A stretch of 64,000 nucleotides of DNA from Takakia lepidozioides (GCA_030704615.1 CM060731.1:89838001-89902000), one strand, 5' to 3'. Positions 38,750 to 50,770 are shown, counted from the stretch's first letter. Notes: generated by a model not told the origin, from the letters alone. A program made the numbers and translations.

Positions 38750-39165
38750 CAGATCAGCCCCTTACCTTCTCTTCTAGTTCTCTAAAGCTTGCAAACAAAA
38801 GCCCAATGGACTGAAGGCATGCTCCACACATGCCCCACTCTCACCACCAGAGAATCAGCCCCTTTGCTTTCTTTCTTGCACCCACTAACCTGAAAATACA
38901 CGCTTCAGCGGGCTGGAAGCATGCTCCACACATGCCCTACAGGGAAACCAGCCCCTTCCTTCCTTTCTTGCACTCCCAAACCTGAAAGTACAAGCCTTCG
39001 TCAGGCTGAAAGCATGCTCCACACATGCATTGCTCTCACATAAGGGAAGTCAGCCCTTCCCTCTTCCTTGCTTGCCCTCCAAGCTTGAAGATGGAAGCTT
39101 CAATGAGCTGAATACATGCTCCACACATGCAACCTCTTCACACAAGAGGTATCAGCCCCCTATCT
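38750..39165. repeat. Four to five degenerate ~100-bp units (GCATGCTCCACACATGC ... CAGCCCC)
   Basis: CATGCTCCACACATGC at ~38818, 38920, 39013 and 39115. Confidence 0.75.
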
Positions 39166-39989
39166 TGGCTCCTTAGCTCCTTGATGCTCTCTAAGACAAG
39201 ACTAAGCACTCCACAGCCCTTGCCAAGCTCCTGAAACCCTAAGGCTTACATTTCCAGCCACAAGACACTCCTCTTGTGGTGCAAGAGCTCTTCTTCCAAG
39301 CTCTAAAACTCTAGGTGCACATTCCATGGCCTTGCCGCATCTCTTAGTTCCTGTTCCAGCCTTGCTCTTGCCATGACAAGAGCCCTCTCAATGCTGAAGC
39401 TCGAGATTGAAACCCAATCTCAACATATTCCACAAAGTGCACTGCAGCATGGTGCTTTCATCTCTGAAGTTGAAGATCGGATGCCAAGGTCTACTACCTC
39501 GTAACCCACATCGCCTTCGCTTCTAACAACCAAGAGCTCCACGGTGCTCCTTGCATAACAACCTGGTTTCTCTCATTCTCAAGCAAAAACCACAAGTGCT
39601 ACAACTAACTCGTATCTGGCACTTACAGATACGAGCTCATCTTTCTCGAATGATAAAGAAGAAGAATACAAGCACAAGCTCATGCGAGCTCACAAAGCTG
39701 AAGCATAAACTCATGCATATATAACCTCATCACTCAAATACAAGTCAAGCCAAGTGCACCCCACGCCATGGGGAATCCACACTACGACGCCATAGCTAGG
39801 CGCGGTGAGGCTCAACTCGAGAAAGATGAGTCTCCCGCGCTTGCCGTGAAGATAACCACTCCAGGGCCTAAATCTGCCTTGACCCCTGGATTGACACTTG
39901 GGCCAATCCCAAATGTCAATATGTAAAAGCTAGCTATTTCCTAGCTAGTTTCGCACTAGTGGTAAAATAACTTGACAGCCGGAAGTCGT

Positions 39990-42213
39990 CAACATGAATG
40001 CTATCTCAGCTTCTGTTGCTGTGGCGGCCGACCTCCATTGTCCACACAATTTAATGTGTGCCGATTGAAAGTTTGGCCGAATGAGGTCCTTGGTATGCCT
40101 CTGAAGACTCTGTCCCCAATGAAATCCGCAAGTTCTCTCCCTACCTAGCATAGGGTTCCCGCCACCATAAACATTTTGAACCGCCGCCCAGTTCGCATTC
40201 GCATTGTCCGCCATGAATCCTCTAAAATGCGGTGGTCTCTTTCTTGCTTGGACCATCTGCTCATTAATGCTCTCCCACATAATCATTTGAGATGGTGTGT
40301 CTTCCGACTTCATCTCGCAAATGGCGATGGTCATGAGCTTCCTGTAGTTGGGCTCGTACACATGGCAGGCCATCGTGCTCCATCCATTTATTCGTTTAAT
40401 ATTGTCGAACATCACCCAGCTATTTTCCAATGGCCCGCCAACATTCATCGTATCCCCGAGATGCACCCCGGATGCCGGCCCATCAGTTGACATTTTGAAG
40501 ACAAAGCACCGTTGATGCTCGTTCCCTTGCCCGGGAAATCTGCTGGAATGGATATACTCATACCCGCACATAGACTTCATTTGCAGCGAGCTGGTCATTT
40601 CGTCACCCCGGCCTGTCTGTGATTTCATTCTGTTGATGGTACTCTTGTTTGCCAGGCTGCCAAATGCTTCAACTGCATCCAGTAGAGCCTCGAACTCCTC
40701 GCTGTCAAGTTTGCATCTTTCGCCCCCATCGGCCGACATAATATGTTGCATGACAATGGTCTGCGCCGCATTGAGCTCCACAGCTTTTGGTCGTGCCGAT
40801 GGAGACCTGGTGAGCTCCTCTCTCGATACCTCATTTGCATGCGCAACAGCTTCTCTAGATGCGCCTGTGGCACTCCTATTGGTGTGGCATCCCACATGGA
40901 CTGCACAACGTGTCATAGCAGGAGGTCCGCTGACGTAAAACATCTTCGCCGGACAAGCCTCCATACAGGTAGGAGTTTGGTTGCAAATGGAGCAGACAAA
41001 CGTCCTCTACGATACTGTAATTTGTGCTTGAAATTTGGTATCCGACGTCCCCAGCCACAAAGTGTCGTTGTCTCCCTCACAAAAAACGGACAAGTCGCCC
41101 GTACGCATTTCAAACTCCCAACACAGTTCACATATCTGCAACACACGGCGTCACGAAGAAATTCAGTGAAGCGGGATGACAAACTCATCTTGGTGCTGTT
41201 TGGGAAATCGGCACAGACTTCTCCAAGGACTTACAGGACTCTTGATATTGCAGAAAAATCTCAAAGTGCCGCAAGATACCAATGTACACACGAGAAATCG
41301 GTGCCGACTTCTCCAAGAAGGTCGCACATTCTGAAATTGCAGAGCATTCTCATAATACTTGAATTCATTCAAAGATACACAGGAGAAATCGCCACAGACT
41401 TCAGGAAGGATGAGACAGAGCAACAAAACTGACTGTCGTGTCTTTCCTGTCTAACAACGGCAATTTCAGATTTGTAGTTTTTGTTATAGTCCATGGGTTT
41501 TCGTCATATTTGCGGTCCATGCCTTCCAGCTGGTTCGCTGCACTGGTGTTTTCTGTCGGCGGCAACTCGTACACAATGTCCCTGTCTACTCTTATGGGTA
41601 AATGGTTCACCTTCACTATTTGAACACTGTGAAAGTCGATCCTAGAAAGCTCGCTGCGGGATGTGGTGCTGGTGCATAGGAACTGCAAGATGTCCACCAT
41701 TGAATTTGTAACCGCATCTGCGGGTGTGGGAGTAAACACGTCGGCATCGACCTCATGTGCATTGTCGTCCTCCGTGGTGTTTGCGCGCGTGCGCGGAGGT
41801 GCGGAGTGTGCTCGTCTGCTGCCAACCACCATGCAGTCCTCATCCTCCTCACTCAATATCTGAATACTCTCCGTCTTCGCAGAACCTGGGCCAAATATGG
41901 ATGCGGCAATCGGTGGAGTAAGGGATGCCGACACACTCGACGATGATGCTTGCTGCCCATATACGATGTATTGTCGATCTGTTTCGTGTGGAATGACATA
42001 TGCCCGCACAAAATCATTTCGTTTAGGTCTGACAATCCGAGTTTCCACAACGCCATCCTCTCCCACCTCCTCGACTTCGAAAACAGCCGTCGTAGGCTGA
42101 AATGCAAACCGAGATCTGAGAACCTTGTCTGCGAATATCACCGAACCATCCTTTGCTTCGACTCTTACAGACGCATTTGCAGATGGACAGGTTAGGCAAA
42201 CGCGCTCAGCCAT
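39990..42213 (-). pseudogene. MULE-type transposase, N-terminal half (GCM-like Zn domain, first two catalytic Asp, CxxH)
   Basis: Exon 42213-~41430, intron, then YVNCVGSLKC...CPAKMFYV...HVGCH, WVMFDNIKR, FRGFMADNANANWAAV, RTCGFHWGQSL. Homology breaks off at ~39995. Confidence 0.82.
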
Positions 42214-42319
42214 GTTGACAGGGACACAGTAGAAGGTGTGCTCTGAACAGAGTGCAAGTACAAACAGAATGATGTCAATGTTTGTATGTACATTGAGAAA
42301 TTTGAAATGGGGTCCTTGT

Positions 42320-42606
42320 CTTGGGCATGCCATGCTTTGCCTATCACCAAGTCATATCTGGCCAGCTTGGTAATTTCAAAGCTCAGGTTCTCACAATACT
42401 CTTGAATGGTCAACTGGAGACTAGGGATCCGTTATCCCATATCTCAGTTCCTTTCCATCAGCCATCTCTATGGTATATTGGTATTGAGAAGGTTCCATGG
42501 GAAGATGGAGTTTCTTAACCATCCGAGAACTGATCACATTATGCGTTGAACCTGTGTTAAATAAGACAATGACCTTTTCTCCAACCACTTCTCCGATCAT
42601 CTTCAC
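42320..42606 (-). pseudogene. Gypsy aspartic protease fragment
   Basis: VIVLFNTGSTHNVIS...IEMADG...YDLVIGKAW, a degenerate DTGSTHNFI / DLVLG motif pair. Confidence 0.75.
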
Positions 42607-42889
42607 AAGATGAGCAGAATCAGATCATGGTGGATATCATCGGGAGCGGCAACCGAAGAAGATATTCCCGCCCTAGATAGTTGGCTTTCGTGGTGGACAT
42701 ACCGGTATGCCCAGCTCGGGTCATTCGTGAGGGAGGTAAGAATGTAGGTGCCAAAGTCACCACTACTATATCCATTGCTTTTGCGATTGCTAACGTGAGC
42801 AGATGATGGGTGGACTGTTACCGCCAGAATTGGTGCTCGGGGAGTCTGAGCCGACTTCCCACCTTCCGGCATCATGCATGCCTTGTGCG

Positions 42890-45737
42890 TGATAGGGAAG
42901 TCTGCACCGACTTCGCATTGGACTATTTTGACAGTGTGTCCAGCCACCTCTTTAAGTCTGCACCGACTTCCCATGACAATGCTCCTGGAGTGCAGACAGG
43001 GAAGTCTGTGTCGACTTACCACTGTGCTATTACTATACTGTTCCCCGAACCCAGTGCAACTTTGTGCAGCCTTCCCGTCCTTCCCTGTCACATGGAAGTC
43101 TGTGCCGACTTGTCAGTGGAGTGCCACTGTACCCAGGCACGTTTGCGTGTGTGCAAACTTCCCATGTGCAAACAGGGAAGTCTGTGCTGACTTACCATTG
43201 TGGTTTTCTGATTCGGTGTCCACAACCTTCTGTAAGTCTGTGCCGACTTCACATGTCCAGCTTCGTGTCGCCGGAGTACTGATAGGGGTGTTGGTGTCGT
43301 CTTTCCAGTATGTTTATTCCGTTTGTGTGCCCAGTCGCGTCTGTAATCCTGTGTGACTTCCCGTGTCCTATAAGTGAGTAGTCCAAAGAGGCATGTATGT
43401 ATATTTCAGTTTTCCAGCGCCACGCAAGTCTGTGCTGACTTCCCATCTTACAAGTTTTTTTGCTCTGTTCAGGGACTCAGTTTGGAGGAGGACGTGGACA
43501 TGCCGAATGTGAATATGTCAGAATCGATTCACGCAAGCTGGCAAGCAGGGAGTGGCTCTGTGAAGTCGGACATGTACACGGCAACACGACATGATATTGT
43601 GCGTGCGCGCCTGCAGACATCCGGGTACCATTTGTTCCTTAATGGGGGCAAAAAAGGAGTTGGACCCAGCCGAGAGGATTTGCTGGTGCGTGCGGCATCG
43701 AGGTCAAGTGACCCAAAGAAAATGGCGGAGGCTTTGAAGACATTTGAGGTTGGAACACCATTGCATAACCGTGCGGACGGCTTGGAAGGTGACCTTCTCA
43801 CACGCACAACAAAGAGGAAGATATTCGTCCACAATCTGGATGAGGAGGAGGATCAGCATTCATGGCGGTCTGATATGAATATGTGGACTGGACCGAGGCG
43901 GGCTTCAAGCACAGGTGGCTCCCGAGTGCATGTGGAGGACGTGGATGAGGAGGACGATATGGCACCTCCCGACTACAACGGTGTTCCACAGCAGTACGGT
44001 AAACCAGTGTTGGAGACTTCAGTGTCCACTGCTAATTGGCATATTGCAAGAACAACGGACTTGTCACGCGCCCAATGTTGGGGTATTCGGGTTGACAGCG
44101 GGCAGCCCTGTAAGCAGCAGATCCGTCCTTCAAAATCGTCTGGCATCCCAGCTCCGAAGTACATTGGAATGTGCCACAGCCCAGTTTTTGCAAAACCAAA
44201 ATTGCATGAGTTCTGGTTTTGTCCTCAAGACATTCAACAGTGTGTTCGTGGGGGAGTCCACCAAGATGCGAAGGACAGACCTGAGCCACCACAGGTATGG
44301 CCTGTGATGGCAGGAACAGATTTGACTCAGGAGGAAGTTAACTCATTGGATGCAGCCGGGTTTCGCCTGGTCCCGAGGGATGATATCCCACGATTTCAAA
44401 TGGAGGAGGACGTTCGTGCCCACCAACCCGCAGCTCATCAGAATCGGGACTATTACCCCAAATGCAGATGGGGCAAGCAATATAACCGCAAAAAACAGAC
44501 AGCTCTTAATAGGACAAAGGTTGGATTGGCGATGTCGTTGCGAGGTATCGTTCAGAGCTTCCGTGATGTTCCTCGACCGGGGATGGGAAGAGTTTACACC
44601 ATCAATACTTCCGGCTCAGCGACCAACGGGCAGGTTTATTACGTCTCAATTGGCATTTACCCGGACTGCACATGTTCCGACTTTGTGAAGATGCGCAACC
44701 TGAAGGAAGGGTACACCCATTGCAAGCACATTTACTGGATTTTTCTTCGGCGTCTCCACTGTTGTGCTGACAGCCCCTTAATTAATTATCCTACTTTGAG
44801 TATAAACGAGGCCAGTGCAATGCTTCCCCATGATCCCTGCGTGTGGGTGGAATAACGTCATCAGAAGCCTCCTTCTGCGAGCGAAGATGAGGAGCATTTG
44901 CCTATGATACTGCCTTATGTTCTGCATCCACCGCTTTCCGTTCCACTGTTCTTTTTTTGTAAGCCAGCAAATTCCATTCCATACGTCTATTGCCATTGGC
45001 CGGGAAGGGCCCTCTATTATTCTGCAAGTCTGTGCCGACTTACCGATGAGCGGTCTCTGATTTTTTGCGAGTGTTCTTCCAGTTTGTCATTTATCCTTGT
45101 TCAAGAATTGCAAGACCATAACATTTTTGTGTATATTCCTATGTTGTGAAGTTGACCGAGGTGGTGTGTTTGAAGCCCAGTAGTCATGCCGAGCGCATTC
45201 CATAGTGGGATAGGAAACGGCAAGTCTGTCCAGACTTTTAGTACAAACCAGTGTGGCATCGGACAAGTCTGTGCCGACTTCTCAACTGGAACTTGTGAAA
45301 AATAAAAAAACTCATAACATTAAATACATACATATTAAACTTTCATTTAAAGATTACAAGCATCAAATGGGCCCCACAAGTCTATGCCGACTTATGGGAA
45401 ATGGACAGTCCGTCATCATGAAATGGTCAAATTTCACCGCGGTTATAGAAGGAAGACCTATTTCCGTGGTAGCCCCCTCACCTTTCTGGAAGACCACAGT
45501 ACTGTGGAAGTCGACACCGACTTGCAGATGCAGGACAACCCCCGACCCTACCTCAGCATCCGAACCTACCTCCAATATCCTCTGACATCTTGGATATCTT
45601 AACTGTCAAAAATGCAGAAATGCATCCACAGCGGGACTGGAATTGGGGAATATTCCCTAGTATATGCTTTGCTCATGTTTAATTTTGCATCTACTCATGC
45701 TTAAATGTGCTCATTGCTCATAGAAAATACAGACCCG
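42890..45737 (+). mobile_element. MULE-like element C right arm, with AAGTCTGTGCCGACTT repeats and terminus at ~45737
   Basis: Motif repeated at 42898-43441 and 45026-45393. The end GCTCATTGCTCATAGAAAATACAGACCC resembles the family TIR (rc GGGTCTGTATTTTCTATGAGC). Confidence 0.65.
43472..44855 (+). pseudogene. MULE-type transposase C-terminal exon (catalytic Glu motif plus SWIM zinc finger); open frame
   Basis: After acceptor TGTTCAG: PNVNMSESIHASW (NxxESxH), then YYVSIGIYPDCTCSDF...CKHIYW (SWIM). Homologous to 47407-48290. Confidence 0.82.
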
Positions 45738-45779
45738 CTGACTGACGGCGTGAAGTTCTTCCAGCAAACCCCAACCCTA

Positions 45780-46530
45780 ATGATGAGAGGGCAAAACAGA
45801 CTGCCAAAAGTTTGAAGAAGAAGGTGCTCACCACATTGTCCTTGACCTTGTGTCATGACGCATGGAGGATTTAACCGACCATCAACCCAAAATGACCTCG
45901 TGTGTGCTGCTTGTGTTTGTAGTCAGGTAATGTCGGATTGGTCAGACTGGACAAGTGTTCATTCCACCGCTTCTCCTCATTTTGTTATCTGTTTTTAGAT
46001 ACTTTTCTGCTACCACATCGGCAGAAACTTGTCAAGTCACCCCAAACCACCCACAGATCCACCCGATGAGCTAACTTACAACATTCAATATGCATCTTAG
46101 GGCCGAGTCTGATTAGAGGGCAAAACAGGCTGAAATAGGTGGAAGAAGAAGGTGCCCTCACCACATTTCCTCAACCTTGTATCATGACCCATGGAGGATT
46201 TGTGGACTCCCTCTCTTGATCCTCTAATTTCAGTAGCTGTGGTCATGGTTGAGGTGCCTGATTTTATCAACTGTGCCACTGCAGCTGCTGCCTTTAGTTG
46301 ACCATCTACCCATGCAAGTTTATTGTAGCTACTGATCCACCTAGAATCAAGGTAATCTGGAGCTTGAAGTCTAGCCCTCTTGGATGAATCTGGACAGTTG
46401 TCACAGTGGCAGTATCATGTCAAAGTCACTCCAAACTACATTCACTCAACCAGCTAACTTACAGAATCCAACATGGAAATTTAGGGCCGATTCTGATAAG
46501 AGGGAAAATGTGTTGAAGAAGGTGCCTTGA
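45780..46530 (-). repeat. Three diverged partial copies of the 445-bp satellite, inverted
   Basis: 45781-45945, ~46065-46203 and ~46452-46527 are reverse-complement matches to the monomer; the latter two also include the array's right flank. Confidence 0.88.
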
Positions 46531-46814
46531 TTACCAGTGATAAGTTAAGCCGCTGCTGCTGCGGCATCCAGTTGAGGTTTGCTATTTCATGAGCATGAGC
46601 GGCATGAGCGGCATGAGCAGAGTAGTAACACAATCGGTTTTCATGAGCAAAAGTACAAATTTCGAAAATAAAAAACAATAAAAAACAATAATTTAATGAA
46701 TGTGTAAGGAAAAACAAATATATTATTCGGCCCCTTGAAGGGAAAATTGCACTTTTGACAGTTGTGCTCATGATATTTCGTCTTCCGCTCATGCCAATTC
46801 CCAGCGACATGTGC

Positions 46815-47250
46815 AAATATGGCGCCGAATTTCGCGGTAATAGGGTCCGTAACCTGAAAAAACGGCGACGTATTTCGCGGCAATAGGTCTCTCTGGCGAA
46901 AAATGGTGCCGAATTCCGCGGCTATAGGTCCCCTCATGACAGGTAATTCGGCGCCATTTTTCCAGTGCATGTTCGGACTTAGCCAGTTTTCGGCGCAAAA
47001 TAGGGAAATTCGGCGCCATTTTTCCAGACACTGTACCAGTGCATGTTGGGACTTAGCCAGTTTTCGGCCCAAAAAAGAGAAATTCGGCGCCATTTTTCCA
47101 GACACGGTACCAGTGCATGTTGGGACTTAGCTAGTTTTCGGCCCCAAAAAGAGAAATTTGGCGCCATTTTCCCAAACACAGGTACCAGTGCATGTTGGGA
47201 CTTAGCGAGTTTTCGGCCCCAAAAAGAGAAATTCGGCGCCATTTTTCCAA
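46815..47250. repeat. Subterminal repeats (~59-bp units) with AAATTCGGCGCCATTTT
   Basis: About five tandem units TTCGGCGCCATTTTTCCA..GTGCATGTTGGGACTTAG plus inverted copies of the motif. Confidence 0.9.
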
Positions 47251-47406
47251 AAATGGCCCCACAACTGCTTCTGTTGGATCTCAGTTTGAATGGAATATTG
47301 CCTCATTCCAGGAGTTTTGGGGTGCATTTCATTACACTGCAAAAAAAAAGTCTGATACAGCAAAATGCATTTGAAAATATCCATATGGAGGATTCCGTTT
47401 GCCCCA

Positions 47407-48290
47407 TCAATGATTTCTGGAATCCCTAAGGAGGAGTTTGTGCAGCTCGTTCACGCTCAACGCCGATGCATGAATAAAGTCATCAATAGTCACGTTCATC
47501 CTCAACCTCTTCAGGTAAATGTAATACAGATGCTTGCACGGATAATACTTCGAACCCTTCTTTGCTTCCATCAACGAGAAGTCCGTACAGTTGCAAGTCG
47601 GCTCCACTCCAATCGTAATTGTGTATACATCGTCGCGTACAGCCGAGCCGGCCGTTGCCATCCGATACACACGCCCAAGGCCGGGTGGGGGTACGTCCAC
47701 GGAGCTCTGAATAGTGCAAGCCATCCCAAGAGCATTGGCAATCCGAGTCTCATTCAACTTGTTGGGAGGGTGTCGTCTCTTCACTCTTCCGAATCGCATT
47801 GTGGGATGTGCAGAATTGTCCAATCCGTCTCTACTGGACCGAGCAGTCTGCAATGGCTGGGTCTGAGGAACCGGAAATGCGTGGGCCGGGATGTCTGTGC
47901 GTTGCACCATTCGAAATCCTGCTGCAGATAGAGCATCCGCCTCATTCTGAGAGAGGCTGCAACCCGGTGCAACAGGCCAGACGCCCGGAGGCTCCGGCAT
48001 TCCCTGAATCCCGTACTTGGGCTTGCCAAATACACAGGTCATTATGTCGTGCCTACAGAACCAAAATGTCTGCGTTGTGGCGTGAGCAAATGTGGGAGTC
48101 AAAAATCTGCCGCTGAAACAAGGTACAGGTACAGCACCGTGTGGGTTCCTCCGAATCATCTCACCACAGCGTGCTCTCGTATCCACCCGGATGGTGCAAC
48201 ACTTCCCTCGAAATGCCGGCAATGTCCTTGCAATTCTCCACTGTGACTCCGACACTCTTGTCTCCACAATGGGAATGTTGTATTGCCCTC
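47407..48290 (-). pseudogene. Transposase C-terminal SWIM region, 5'-truncated
   Basis: PIVETRVSESQWRIART...FWFCRHDI...VWPV...CNCTDF...CKHLYYI aligns with 44000-44830. Confidence 0.85.
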
Positions 48291-48324
48291 GGGGATGGCT
48301 GTCCAGGGGGTGCCTGGCACTGTC

Positions 48325-48931
48325 TGGAAATTTCAGCGCCATTTTTCCAGTTTCGGGCCCAGTCACATCTGGGACTTAGCCATTTTCGGCCCCAATGTGG
48401 GAAAATGGCGCCGAATTTCCACTTCAGGGCCCCGAAAATGGCCAAGTCCCCGGGGTGGCTGGCATCGAAACTGGAAATTCGGCGCCATTTTTCCAGTTCC
48501 GGGCCCAGGCAGTTCTGGGACTTAGCCATTTTCGGCCCCAATGTGGGAAAATGGCGCCGAATTTCCACTTCAGGGCCCCGAAAATGGCCAAGTCCCCGGG
48601 GTGGCTGGCACCGAAACTGGAAATTCGGCGCCATTTTTCCAGTTCCGGGCCCAGGCAGTTCTGGGACTTAGCCATTTTCGGCCCCAATGTGGGAAAATGG
48701 CGCCGAATTTCCACTTCAGGGCCCCGAAAATGGCCAAGTCCCCGGGGTGGCTGGCACCGAAACTGGAAATTCGGCGCCATTTTTCCAGTTCCGGGCCCAG
48801 GTAGTTCTGGGACTTAGCCATTTTCGGCCCCAATGTGGGAAAATGGCGCCGAATTTCCACTTCAGGGCCCCGAAAATGGCCAAGTCCCCGGGGTGGCTGG
48901 CACCGAAACTGGAAATTCGGCGCCATTTTTC
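48325..48931. repeat. 146-bp tandem repeat, ~4.1 near-identical copies
   Basis: TGGGACTTAGCCATTTTCGGCCCCAATG at 48370, 48516, 48662 and 48808. Each unit has two opposed GGCGCC motifs. Confidence 0.97.
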
Positions 48932-49009
48932 GCGTCTATTTTGCAGTTCCATTCCCCATAATTTACCTTGTTCCCGGGACCTCATTCTGTGTGTGTTTCT
49001 TGAATGCAG

Positions 49010-50770
49010 GTACTGCAAGTTCTCCCTTTTGGAGAAAGGTCATCTGTCCTTCGAGGCGCCATTCTTCCTCGCATGGAGGAACCCTGGGGCTGACTCCATG
49101 TACACTAACGTTATCGTGATGGAGTGGCATCTGGAACATTTGCACGACTGCCCTTGGTATGTGGACCTTCCGCCCGGCTCGCTCGACTCATCCGAGTTTC
49201 AATTGAAGCTGGATGCAAAGGCCCGACGAAACCGGCCTCCGCTGGGTCCAAAGGAGGCGAAAGCGCTTGCCAAGTCCAGGAAAGCGGCAGAGCTTGCTCA
49301 GGCAGGTATTCAGGAGAAATCAAATGAGAAGAATAAAGGTCAAAAGAAAAGGACACGGAAACAGGGGAGTACAGTAACCCCCAAAAAACAGAAAACCACC
49401 GGGGCACTAGAGGAGGCGCAGGAGGGGCCCCAAGGGAGTGACTCCGACGACGACTTTGTGCAAGGTCCTGCGACTGCTGCTGCTGGTACCAAGTCACCGG
49501 TCGTCCGGGTTCCCAAGTCAGTTCGGACTGGGACTGGCTCTGCCAAGAAGTTGGCATTTGAGGGCGAGCCTACACGGCAGTATTCGGCGGAGACGTTTCT
49601 GCAGAGGCCAAAGCTAGAACCCCCAACCATCATCCAATGTGTCAATGAGAGCTTCCTTAACGCTCTGGCTGCCAGGGCAAAGAAGATCGCACACAACAAG
49701 CCTGTGGAGGAGCTGAAGGGGAAAGCCAAGAAGAGGGCTCCCAGTACAGAGCCTAAAGACACCCCTGGTTTTGAATCCATGATGGAATTCTTCATGGCTG
49801 TGAGCACGGATTGCAAGAGCACTCGGGGGGGGGGGGGTTGAGGTGGAGAGAGCCTGCGATATGATTCTCCTCGATATTCCAGATGGGGAGCTGCTGGAGG
49901 GCTTTGATGGTGTGCCCACCTGGAACAGGTTTACTGAGGACTACTGGAGAGCGGGGTTTGGGCTGGCGGGGATGCTCCTGGATGACGGTGGATGTATTAT
50001 GGTCCTTGCCAGAGGGAAGACCACAGACAATGTTGTGGCAAGGTGGACACCGAAAAGTGTCACCCCGGTCCTCCTCAAAAAATGGTTCTGCGTCAATACG
50101 CAGGGGTTGCGAACAGAGGGCCACAGTGTAAGTTATCAATCTATTGCATTCACTTCATATTGTGGTGTATCTGAACTAGACCCTGGAGTTGATCCCTCTT
50201 TTGTTGGATGTGCAGACATTGGTGTTTGAGGCATATTGTTTTGTGAAGAGAGGGTCTACGTTCAAATTCCGCAACGACGGTCATCTTGTTGATGTCGTTG
50301 TGGACCCTGTTACCTACGATGTCCTCTACAACTATGTGCCCCACTCCAGTATACCGAAGGACACAAAGACAGGCAAACCGTGGCGGTACAGCCGGACCCG
50401 GAGCCCTGCTCTCATCCAAACCCTCATGGAGACGTGCTCGGATGTCCAAGGGCGGATTCTTGACCTCACATGCGGCATGGGTAAGCCTTCACGTGCACAG
50501 TTTGTCCCCTGGCCCGATTGCAATTGCATGTCGCATGCTACTAACTGCCCGTTTTGTCCATCAGGTGCTTCAATGTTGGCAGGGACGTTGTCCGACAGGC
50601 ATGTCTTTGCCTTCGAGCCAGATATTGCCCTCCACAACTCCGAACTTGCAGCGGCTGAATGTCTGCCGAAAGAGGAAGAGGCATCCTTGGAGGATGAGGA
50701 AGAATCCGACAAGGAGCAGGGGGAGGTACAAGTTGGGATCGAGGCCGAGGAGCCCCCGGTTTATGATTGA
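49010..50770 (+). CDS. Beta-class N4C/N6A DNA methyltransferase-like gene (copy A), last three coding exons; 5' exons deleted
   Basis: Exons 49010-50127, 50216-50480 and 50565-50770 (GT-AG introns). ACDMILLDIPDG (motif IV position), MLLDDGGCIMV (VI), RSPALIQTLMETCSDVQGRILDLTCGMGASMLAGTLSDRHVFAFEPD (X-I-II). One frameshift in a 13-G run at 49825-49837. Confidence 0.78.

Noticed and set aside
39929-39950. GCTATTTCCTAGC as another family TIR
   Set aside because: It lacks the G-rich first bases and the ATGAGC repeats seen at the other four termini.
49821-49845. Programmed frameshift at the G-run before the MTase domain (both copies break frame here)
   Set aside because: Copy A has one base too many and copy B one too few, both in homopolymers. 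Slippage or sequencing error explains this better.
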